A stretch of 64,000 nt of DNA from Mantamonas sphyraenae STR306 (taxonomy: Eukaryota > Protista > CRuMs): positions 232,628 to 296,627 of the forward strand of contig JAPMXV010000062.1 in assembly GCA_026936335.1 (NCBI GenBank), read 5' to 3'. Numbering within the stretch: the first letter of the stretch is position 1; the number at the start of each line of letters is the position of its first letter. Of the stretch, positions 54,766 through 64,000 are shown in pieces. The position numbers and the translations under genes were made by a program. The notes under the pieces were generated by a model, which did no database searches, was not told the DNA's origin, and was given only the letters and a program-made list of their open reading frames with translations.

Positions 54766-56815
54766 ATGGGCTTGGGAAGAGAAGAATGGGTGGAATTGTT
54801 GCAGAGCGGGGACCATGGGCAGTTTGTGGAAGCTTTGGAGGCTGAGGGAACGGTGAGTTGGGAGAAAGAAATCGGGAGGGAGTTGGTGAAGTGACGTTTG
54901 GGCGTCGCACGCGGGGGGAAGGGAAGGAGGGATGGGTGTATGGTGTGTGCGATGGTGTGTACGCAGGGTGGAACGGGTGTTGACACGACACACACAGGAA
55001 TTGGACCTTGGAAACGGGGCTGTGGGCCCCAAAGGAGCAGCGGCACTTGCGCGGGCACTAGCTCAGAACAGCAGCTTGCAGACGCTGGAGCTCAGCTACA
55101 ACAGCATGGACGCGGAAGGAACGTCGGTACTGGCGCGGTCACTAGCTCAGAATATCACATTGCAGACGCTGAACCTCAGCAGCAACAGCATCGGGACAGA
55201 AGGCGCAGCAGCACTTGCGCACTTGCTGAATGAGAACAGCAGCTTGCAGGCACTGTACCTCAATAGCAACCGCCTCGGGGCAGAAGGAGCAGCAGCACTG
55301 GCGCAGGGACTGGGTGAGAACAGCAGCCTACAGAGGTTGTACCTCAATAGCAACCGCATCAGGGCAGAAGGTGCAGCAGCACTGGCGCAGGCACTGAAAG
55401 AGAACAGCAGCTTGCTGGCATTGACCCTCAATTTAAACAGCATCGGGGGCGAGGGAGCGGCAGCACTGGCGCAGGCACTGTGTGAAAACAGTTGCTTGCA
55501 GACACTGGACCTCAGGATCAACAGCATCGGTGGCGAGGGAGCAGCAGCGCTGGCGCTGGCTCTGAAAGAGAACAGCAGCTTGCAGACAGTGGACCTCGGG
55601 CTCAATAGCTTCGGGTCAGAAGGAGCAGCAGCACTGGGGCATGCGCTGAGTGGGAACAGCAGCGTGCAGACACTGAGTCTCTGGGACAACAGCATCGGTG
55701 CAGATGGAACAGCAGCACTGGCGCAGGCATTGAGAGTGAATAGCAGCTTGCAGACGCTGGATCTCAAGAACAACGGCATCGGTGCAGACGGAACAGCAGC
55801 ACTGGCGCAAGCACTGAGTGCGAACAGCAGCTTGCAGTCGCTGGACCTCGGGAACAATAGCATCGGCTCAGAAGGAGCAAAAGCACTGGAGCAGGCACTG
55901 TGTGAGAACAGCAGCTTGCAGAGACTGAACCTCAACAGCAACAGCATCGGGAGCGAGGGAGCGGCAGCACTGGCGCAGGCACTGTGTGAGAACAGCAGCT
56001 TGCAGACAGTGAACCTCAGGAACAACTTCATCGGGGGCGCGGGAGCTTCAGCACTGGCGCAGGCGCTTAGTGAGAACAGCAGCGTACAGACAGTGGACCT
56101 CGGGAACAGCAGTATCGGAGCAGACGGGGCGGTAGCACTGGCGCAGGCGCTGAGGGAGAACAGCAGCTTGCAGACACTGGACCTAAGTTTCAATGGCATC
56201 GGGTCAGAAGGAGCAGCAGCACTGGCGCAGGCGCTGAGGGAGAACAGCACCTTGCAGACGCTGAACCTCAACAACAACAGTATCGGGGCAGAAGGAGAAA
56301 TAGTGCTCAAAAAGGCCATGCAAGGCAATCGGTCGTGCTGGAAGATCGAGGGCGTTTCCAATGGCGCTTTGCAGTCGCTGGTGGAGAGAAACAGGAATCA
56401 GCATGAAGGGTTTGTGGAGTGTGGATTTGTGGAGAAGATGAGAGAATTGAGGGAGTGGGGTGTGCCTGTGGACACGTTTGCAGGGGATGGAGGGAAGGAG
56501 ACTGCGCTGGAGAGAGGGGTGAAGGGAGGGGAGGACGGGTTGGTGGAGGTGTTGCGTGGGTGGGGCGCGAGGCCGAGGATGGAAACGGTGGAGATGGTGA
56601 GGAAGAGAGGGTGGAGGAAGGCGTGGCATTGGATTGGATGGGGCTGGGAGGTGGATGAGGCGATGGAGGTGGCATTGGTGATGAATGGGGAGGAGAGGGA
56701 GGCGATGTTTGGGTGTGGGGGGATGGAGGAGTATGTGGAGGAGAGAGGGTGGGAAGGATGGGTGACACTGCCGGATGAGGTGATGGAGAGGGTGGTTGGG
56801 TGGGTGGGGAGGTGA
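54766..56815 (+). CDS. LRR (16 x 28 aa), ankyrin-like and C-terminal F-box-like protein, copy A
   Basis: Exon 1 MGLGREEWVELLQSGDH...AEGT|gtgagt; exon 2 from ~54998 with 16 RI/NLRC3-type LRRs, ETALERGV...VEVLRGWGA (ankyrin-like) and GWVTLPDEVMERVVGWV*. Confidence 0.85.
55000..56340 (+). repeat. 84-bp LRR-coding tandem repeat
   Basis: GCAGCACTGGCGCAGGCACTG...GAGAACAGCAGCTTGCAGAC.CTG.ACCTC repeated every 84 bp. Confidence 0.92.
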
Positions 56816-56868
56816 GGGTGAGTGGGGAGGGGAGGGTGAGTGGGGAGGTGTGAGAATGAAGGGGTGGT

Positions 56869-57654
56869 TCATTCGAGGCGTTGGCGTTTGGAGGAGGAGG
56901 AGGAGGAAGGGTCTTTTCGCTTGGGCAAGGTGAAGGAGGGGATGGGGTAGGCGTTGACGAGTGCGACGGTGGTGGGTCGGGTGGTGATGTGGGGTGTGAT
57001 GCGGTCGATGAGGGTGTGGAGGAGGGTGTGCAGTGTGGCGTCGATGGGTTTGGGGTTGTCAAGCCAGGCGATCTTGAGGGAGAGGGAGGTGACGCCGCGG
57101 GTGAGGGTGTTGCTGATGGCCTGTTGCACCTGCCGGTAGGTGAGGTGTGGCCTGAGCAGGCGGACAAAGAAGGCCAGGTCGACAGGCGGCACGCCAACGT
57201 TGCCAAGCGCCAGGATGATGTGTCGCAGCAGGGACAGCATGCTGCCGTTGTTGATCAGCTCACGCAGAGCATGGTGCTCGTGTGCGTGCTGATGGCGAGG
57301 GTGCTTGGCTGCGCGTGCCTTCATGTATGCCAGCAGCGTCTGGAACTCACGCGCCGTGCAGCTGCCACGCTCGTCGGTCGCGTCACCCCGGGTCTTTCTC
57401 CAGCCGCTGCGCACAGACTCCGGATGCCAGTTGTCCACATTGGCGGTGGTGAGGTGGTGGTCGTAGTCGCATTGTGTCCAGTGTGGGTCGCTGTCGTTGT
57501 CAGCAGGACGTCGTGCTTTCTGCAGCCACAGCTGGGTCTGTTTGTGTTCCTTCCAGGTGATGGGAAGGGTTCTGTCACCAGCAGTGTCCATCTCTGTCAT
57601 GATCAGGTGGAGAAGGGCGTAGTTGGGGTTGCCGTGGTCGTGTGGCTCCTCCAA
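56869..57654 (-). pseudogene. 5'-truncated paralog of the telomere-proximal unknown gene
   Basis: Colinear with 61123-61950 ([14 protein letters not shown]...LKIAWLDNPKP...KRQRLE*); homology ends abruptly near 57654. Confidence 0.8.
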
Positions 57655-58079
57655 CCAACGCTGCGCAAGAGTTGATAGGTATAAGCGCAGGTGGACAGCA
57701 GATCGCTCGGGCCAAGGACAACTTCCACGACACGCTGGACGTGCTGATCAAGCTGGCGTCGTTGCAGACGTCGTTCATCACGCTGGACGAGGTGATCAAG
57801 ATCACAAACCGACGCGTGAACGCAATTGAGTATGTGGTGCAGCCGCGGCTGGAGAACACGATCGCGTACATCAAGTCGGAGCTGGACGAGATGGACCGCG
57901 AGGAGTTTTTCCGCCTGAAGAAGATTCAGGACAAGAAGAAGGCGAAGCAGGCAAAGAAGGACGCACGCCTGGCGGCGCTGCGTGCGGCGGCTGGGGAGGA
58001 CGAGTCGTCGTCGTCGTCGAGCTCGCAGCCGTCGTCCATCTTTGACAAGGGGGCAAAGGATGAGGATGTGATTTTTTGA
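57654..58079 (+). pseudogene. ATP6V1D: 3' half of V-type ATPase subunit D (5'-truncated)
   Basis: [11 protein letters not shown]...[62 protein letters not shown]...DEDVIF*; the N-terminal half is absent and the sequence upstream belongs to another gene on the opposite strand. Confidence 0.88.
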
Positions 58080-58110
58080 AATGGAACGAGTCCCTCCTCT
58101 TCTGTTTTGC

Positions 58111-59632
58111 TCAGTAGGCAGCCATGGGGCCGACGCCCTCGTGCTCGGAAGTCCACTCCTCCATGAAACGGTTCTGCGGGCGGGTGAGGACAAACTGGAC
58201 GTCGGAGAGGTAGCGGCACTGGAGCATGGCGAAGCAGGTGACGAGGTAGACATGCCACATGCGGTAGAAGCGTTCGTCAAACTTGCTGTCGCTGGCCTTG
58301 ATGTCTTGCCAGTTGTCCTCAAAGTTGTGCTGCCAGAGCTTGAGGGTGCGTGCGTAGTGCTGGCCCATGTCGTCGAGCTGGAGGAGCTGGAGGCGCTTTG
58401 TGGTGCGCACAGCCTCGGCAATGCGGTAGTTGCTGAGGAGGCAGCCTCCAGGGAAGATGTACTTTTTGATCCAGTCGCTGGAGTGGACGTAGGAGGCGTG
58501 CATGGCATCCTGGTGAGTGATGGCTTGGATGACGGCGAGGCCGTTGGGTTTGAGGAGCTCCTCAATGCGCTGGAAGTAGGTGGGCAGGTTCTCGTCGCCG
58601 ACGGCTTCAATCATTTCGATGGAAACGACCTTGTCAAAGGTGCCCTGGACGTGGCGGTAGTCCTCGAGGCGGACTTCGATGAGATGTTCGAGGCCAGCGG
58701 TGCGGATGCGGCGGTCTGCTTCAGCCTTTTGCTCGACACTCAGGGTGAGGGTGGTGACCTTGCAGCCAATGGTGCTTGCAGCACGGATGGCCATGCTGCC
58801 CCAACCAGAGCCGATTTCGAGGACATGGTCGGTTTTCTGGAGGCGGGCTTTGGAGATGATTGCGTCGAGCTTGTTCATCTGAGCCTGCTCGAGAGAGTCA
58901 CGCTTGCTGAGGAAAAGAGCAGCGGAGTAGGTCATGGATGGGTCGAGCATTTTCTCGTAGAGGTAGTTGCTGAGGTCGTAGTGGGCGGAGATATTGCGGC
59001 GGGAGCCCGCGATGGTATTTCTGTAGTGTCCGGACATGCGGGCGGGGAGAATCGGCGAGGGTGTGTGAGAGGGGGGCGCAGTGGAATGGGAAGTGGGGTG
59101 CACGTGGGAGCAGATAGTGTGGGAACAGGGTGTGTGGTTGCGGCGGAGAGTGGAGTTGGTGGGGAGGCGCCGGAGAGTTTCGGGCGCGGGGAGGAGCATG
59201 ATTTTTGTGTGGGAATGTGTTTTGGAAGTGGCCAAAAAGGCTCCGTGGGACGTACGCATTGTAGACGGCGTGGACAAAGTACTCGATCTTGGTGCCGATC
59301 CAGGAGAACCAACTGGGTTCATCGACCTGGTTTGCATTGGCCAGGAATGCAAAGAGGAGGTTTTCGAGGCTGGGGCTGACTTCAAAGTCACCGTCGACGA
59401 AGCTCTCAAAGAGGCCGACGTCGTGGTTGGCGGCGACCTTCCAGAAAAACACATTGTCCTTGACGTGGACAGTGGCGTGCTGGCGCTCGATGCCGCCGGG
59501 GGAGCCAAATGTGGTTTTGTCGCCGTCCGGGGTGATCAGGGTGATTGATCCGTGGGTGATGGAGCTGCGCAGCTTCTGGCAGACCAGGTAGCGGCAAACT
59601 GAGTAGATGACGGCCCAGAACCAAGCGAGCAT
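58111..59632 (-). CDS. Cyclopropane-fatty-acyl-phospholipid synthase family methyltransferase
   Basis: SRRNISAHYDLSN, LDPSMTYS, VLEIGSGWG, TLTLSVEQ, DYRH, SIEMIEAVG, WIKKYIFPGG, HYARTLKLW, RMWHVYL; intron ~59253-59024. Confidence 0.92.
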
Positions 59633-59859
59633 GTTTGGTGGGGTTTAATGGATTGTGGTGGATGAGGGAGGGGGTGAGGGGTTGGCAAGCGAGGGGGAAC
59701 CACGGGATTTGTGGAGGGAGTGGTGGGGGGGGGGGGGAAGAGGGTGTGGAGGGGGAGAGGGTGTGGAGGGGGAGGGGTGGAGGGAGTGGGTGGGGGGGGG
59801 GAAGGAAGTGTGCAGACCGGCTCACATCGGGCAACGCAGACGCAATAGCCTCGTTAGAG

Positions 59860-61090
59860 ATGGTTGAATGGGTGGCTCTGCTGCAGAGTGGGGATCATGA
59901 ACGGGTGTGCAGTGCACTGGAGGCAGAGGGAGAGGTGGGTTGGGGCTGGGACGCAGAGGGACGTGCAGCACGTCAAGAAGTGGATGACGGGCACCAATGG
60001 AGTGTGCGCTGACACGTGGAGTACAGAGGTTGTGTATTAATGGCGAGTGTCTAGGAGACGACGAGGCAGTAGCGCTGGCCAAGGCGCTGGGAAGAACAGC
60101 AGGTTGCAGACACTGGACCTCGGCAACAACAGCATTGGGGCAGAAGGAGCAGCTGCACTGGCGCAGGGACTGAAGACGAACAGCAGTTTGCAGACACTGG
60201 ACCTCGGCAACAACAGCATCGGGGACGAAGGGGCAGCAGAAGTGGCGCGGGCACTGAGGGAGAACAACAGCTTGCAGAACCTGAATCTCTGGGACAACAG
60301 CATCGGAGCAGAAGGAGCGACAGCGCTGGCGCGGGCATTGAGTGGGAACAGCAGCTTGCAGACACTGAATCTCTGGGGCAACAGCATCGGGGACGAAGGG
60401 GCAGTGACACTGGGGAAGGCACTGGGAGAGAACAGCAGCTTGCAGACACTGGAACTTCAGTGCAACAGCATCAATCCAGAAGGAGCAGCAGCACTGGTGC
60501 AGGGGCTCAGTGGAAATATCGGCTTGCAGGCGCTGGACCTCAGCTTGAACCGCATCGGCGCACTTCGAGTGGAACTACCGGCGCAGGCAGTGGAAAGCAA
60601 TCGTTCGTGCTGGAGGTTTGACGGCGTTGACAGTGACGCATTGCAGTATCTGTTGGAGCGGAACAAGAAGCAGCACGTGGCGTTTGTGGAGTGTGGGGAT
60701 GTGGAAAAGATGAGAGAGTTGAGGGAGTGGGGGGTGCCTGTGGACACGTTTGCAGGGAATGGAGGTGAGGAGACTGCGCTGGAGAGAGCTGTGAGGGAAG
60801 GGGGGGAGAGGATTTTGGAGGTGTTGAGGGGGTGGGGTGCGAGACCAAGGATGAAAACGGTGGAGGTGGTGAGGGGGGAAGGGTGGAGGAAGGCGTGGCA
60901 TTGGATTGGGTGGGCTGGACGGGTGGATGAGGCCATGGAGGTGGCGTTGGTGATGAATGGGGAGGAGAGGGAGGCGATGTTTGCATGTGGAGGGATGGAG
61001 GGGTATGTGGAGCGGGGAGGGTGGGGAGGGTGGGTGACACTTCCAGATGAGGTGATGGAGAGGGTGATTGGGTGGTTGGGGAGGGAGAGT
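59860..61090 (+). CDS. LRR (7), ankyrin-like and C-terminal F-box-like protein, copy B (single-base indels near 60090 and at the stop)
   Basis: Exon 1 MVEWVALLQSGDH...AEGE|gtgggt; 7 LRRs; the C-terminal ~160 aa are highly similar to copy A, including GWVTLPDEVMERVIGWL. Confidence 0.78.
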
Positions 61091-61122
61091 GAGTGGGGAG
61101 GTTGTGGGAATGAAAGGGTGGT

Positions 61123-63818
61123 TCATTCGAGGCGTTGGCGTTTGGAGAGGAGGAGGAGGAGGAGGAGGAGGAGGAGGAGGAGGAGGAGGAGGAGGAGGAG
61201 GAGGAGGAGGAACGGTCTTTGCGCTTGGCGAGGTGTGAAGGGGGGATGGGGTAGGCATTGACGAGTGCGGTGGTGGTGGGGCGTGTGGTGATGTGGGGTG
61301 TGATGCGGTCGATGAGGGTGTGGAGGAGGGTGTGCAGTGTGGCGTCGCTGGGTTTGGGGTTGTCGAGCCAGGCGATCTTGAGAGAAAGGGAGGTGACGCC
61401 ACGGGTGAGGGTGTTCTTGATGGCAGGTTGCACCTGCTTGTAGGTGAGCTGTGGCCTGAGGAGGCGGACAAAGAAGGCCAGGTCGATAGGCGGCACGCCA
61501 ACGTTGCCCAGCGCCAGGATGATGTGTCGCACCAGGGAACTCGTGCTGCCGTTGTTGATCAGCTCACGCAGTGCATAGTGCTCATGTGTGTGCTGATGGC
61601 GAGGGTGCTTGCCTGCGCGTGCCTTCATGTGTGCCAGCAGAGTCTGGAACTCCCGCGCCGTGCAGCTGCCACGCTCGTCGTTGTACGGGTTGGTGCTCCA
61701 GCCACTGCGCACAGACTCAGGATGCCACTTGTCCACCTTGGTGGTGGCAAGGTGGTGGTCGTAGTCGCATTGAGTCCAGTGTGGGTCGCTGTCGTTGTCA
61801 GCAGGGCGTCGTGCTTCCTGCAGCCGCAGCTGGGTCTGCTTGTGCTCCTTCCAGGTGGTGGGATATGGTCTGTCGCCGAGAGTGTCCATCTCTGTCATGA
61901 GCAGGTGGATGAGGGCGTAGTTGGGGTCGCCGTGGTCGAGTGGCTCCTCCAGCCAGCACACCTTCAACCCAGCCTTTGTCACACCCATGGCCAGACCAGC
62001 GTCGCGGATGGCTTTCCTGCACGCATTCTGATCCATGTCACGGCCGAGATGGGTGAGGCAGAAGGCCATGTCGCCCTGGGAGAGGGGAATGTTGCCCAGA
62101 GCGAGCAGGATCTGTCGGACAAGCGTGTTCAGGGTGCCATGGCAGACCACAACACGCGCCTGCAGGATCATCAGGTCGGAGATGTTGTCGATGCAATGCT
62201 CGTTGGCCAGAGTGTGCATGTGGTTCAGCAGTGCCGTGTGCTCCTCCTTGTTGCTGTGGCTGCGCTCGTCACTGCGCCAGTCCCGCGACCACCCTTTGCG
62301 CACAACCCCATCTGGCAACTTCTTCGTCTTGTTCATGCCTGCTTTCTTCCGTGAGCCGTTGTCTCCGTTCTTGGCCCTCCTTGCCCGTGTGCTTGACGTT
62401 CCTGTCTCTGTGCCACTGCCAGCCGTGCGCCTGCGCTGTCCGCGGCCATTCATCGTTTGTGGACCAGTACGACGACTGGCGTGGTCTCTGCCTTGTCTGT
62501 GGCTTCTGCTTGTGCGTCTTGGCAGCCATTCGTCCGTGTCCTCCTGCTCCATGTCGTCTGTGTCGTCGTCGCTGTCGTCTTGCGGCATGTACTCCTCATC
62601 CATGGCATCGACAGTGTCTACAATGCTGAGTGCGCCCTGAGTTTCCAACTCGTCGTCCACGTGCTGCTGGGTTGCGTCGTTTGCCTCGCCGTCTTCATCG
62701 TACGCCTCCATTCCTGAGCTGGTCATCCACTCTGACTTGCTGGAGGTCGACCGTGGTTCATGTTGGCCAAAGTTCAGGAACATCAGGTCCTCCACTTCGC
62801 CGGTGTCATGTGTGTCTGTATCCTGGTTTGCGTCGTCGGCGTCGCTGTCTCCAGTCTGCTGTGTGGCCTGACGGGAGGAGGACGACGATGTGGTGGTCGA
62901 TGTGGTCTGTGTGATGCCGACAAAGGCAGGGCTGACGCGTTTCGGGACGCGGTTGTGGTTTGTGGTGGGTTGAGCAGGCGGAGGGTGCAACGGAGGCTGA
63001 GCGAAGTGCATCTGGGCGGTTTGTCGCGGCTGAGGAGGCGGTGGAGGTGGGTAGGTGTAGTATGGATGGCCCTGATGAGCATATGCGTAGTGCTGCTGGC
63101 GGTGGGTGTTGACAGGGACCCAGACGATGGGTGGTTGTGGGTGCTGGTACGGGGTTTGTACCCCAGAGACGGGCAGCATGTTCGGAAACGGCTGGGCAGC
63201 CATGGGAGGGACCATGTACCCGTAGCTGTGGAGAGACGCGGAGGAGCAGGGCGGAGTGGGACTGGTGAGCGGAAGGCGGTATGGACGCCGTCAGGGCAGA
63301 AGCGGGGTGAAGGGAGGCTGGAGCGAGCAAAGAGGGAAAACGGAGGAGATTGGCCGACCGGAAAATTGGCAACGGAGAGGGCAGGGACATGGGAGAGGGG
63401 ATCGGAGAAGAGCGGAGGTGGCAGCAGCGGTGGTGATGGGGAAGTGGAGATGCAGAAGAGGAGTGCAGGGAAGCGACGGAAGCATGGAGGAGGCAAGGAA
63501 GCGGGAGAAGCGGGCAGTCAGAAAACGGAGTGAAATGCAGAACGCACGCTGGGTAGGCTTCGGAGTGCTTGAGTAGTCCTTGTCCATGGAGATGGTGGTG
63601 GTAGTGGAGTGTATGTGGATTGTGTTGGACTGGTGGAGGCTGTTGTGGGTATTGGTGATATTGTGGTTGAAGGCGGATGGGCAGTGCTGACTGCGCGGCG
63701 TTGCAGGACGACGGCCACTCACCAGCAACATTTCCACTCCCACCCGTTGCCCACTGCCCCATATCATCACCCAACTCAGCCACTACGCCAGCAGTCACAA
63801 GCACAACTCACCTGACAT
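61123..63818 (-). CDS. Unknown protein: Q/P/H-rich N-terminus, acidic and basic tracts, two tandem copies of an unrecognised ~135-aa domain
   Basis: Long ORF from 63215 plus upstream exons (phase-2 intron 63547-63226; putative ATG 63818 with a phase-1 intron). By comparison with the paralog the true end is KRQRLE* at 61123, with a frameshift beside the GGA run. Confidence 0.7.
61148..61211 (+). repeat. (GGA)n microsatellite encoding poly-Ser on the minus strand
   Basis: About 21 GGA units, versus about 6 in the paralog near 56890. Confidence 0.95.
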
Positions 63819-63859
63819 AGACCGGACTCACATGATCACGACAATTCTGTCAAATAGAG

Positions 63860-64000
63860 TTAGGGTTAGGGTTAGGGTTAGGGTTAGGGTTAGGGTTAGG
63901 GTTAGGGTTAGGGTTAGGGTTAGGGTTGGGGGTTAGGGTTAGGGTTAGGGTTAGGGTTAGGGTTAGGGTTAGGGTTAGGGTTAGGGTTAGGTTAGGGTTA
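63860..64000 (+). repeat. Telomeric repeat (TTAGGG)n
   Basis: Near-perfect TTAGGG array to the end of the window, G-rich strand running 5'->3' towards the end. Confidence 0.98.

Noticed and set aside
55147-56361. 404-aa antisense ORF; possible repeat-spacer array
   Set aside because: Reverse frame of in-frame 84-bp LRR units; the variation is codon-structured.
58111-59632. Recent bacterial transfer or contamination for the CFA synthase
   Set aside because: It has a spliceosomal intron and host-like composition; older transfer cannot be judged without a phylogeny.
1790-61150. Programmed frameshifting or mass pseudogenisation (breaks near 1797, 4877, 5020-5070, 6400, 6600-6690, 20165, 26935, 50630, 60090, 61085, 61146)
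   Set aside because: Most are 1-2 nt indels in homopolymers or near-identical repeats, one is in the essential SPB1, and there are no accompanying nonsense changes. This fits uncorrected long-read errors; read-level checking is needed to be sure.
61090-61261. Poly-Arg C-terminus on LRR copy B and long Pro/Ser tail (60540-61120) on the unknown gene
   Set aside because: Both come from single-base losses relative to the paralogous unit, which has stops at the equivalent positions.
54300-63850. Autonomous transposon or telomeric retroelement
   Set aside because: No reverse transcriptase, transposase, Rep/helicase or integrase motifs and no terminal repeats were recognised.

Overview
Right-hand chromosome end of a very gene-dense, GC-rich, probably flagellated microbial eukaryote: GT-AG introns mostly about 90-320 nt, intergenic spacers often 27-160 bp, and a terminal (TTAGGG)n telomere at 63860-64000. 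The first ~54 kb holds about 25 genes: two Rab32/38-like GTPases, a GRIP golgin with a higher-order coiled-coil repeat, CAMKMT, TFIIF-alpha, a temptin-FN3-DOMON-cytochrome b561 protein, an aralar-type carrier, LRRC46-like, acid lipase, a head-to-head PEX5/PEX14 pair, SPB1, a tail-anchored TPR protein, triple calcyphosin, OSCA/TMEM63, an RSPH1-nucleoside monophosphate kinase fusion, GET1, TPK1, an acidic secreted protein, two large Cys-rich multi-TM surface proteins and a Kelch-WH2 protein. The last ~10 kb is a rearranged subtelomere with a duplicated unit made of a variable-LRR/ankyrin-like/C-terminal F-box gene and a convergent gene with an unrecognised tandem domain, plus an inserted V-ATPase D fragment and a CFA synthase. 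The best candidate for a new system is the LRR-ANK-F-box family (about 6, 7 and 16 LRRs), whose layout resembles poxvirus PRANC proteins. Several single-base frameshifts in homopolymers and repeats look like long-read errors. All family assignments and splice models are from motif recognition by eye; no searches were run.
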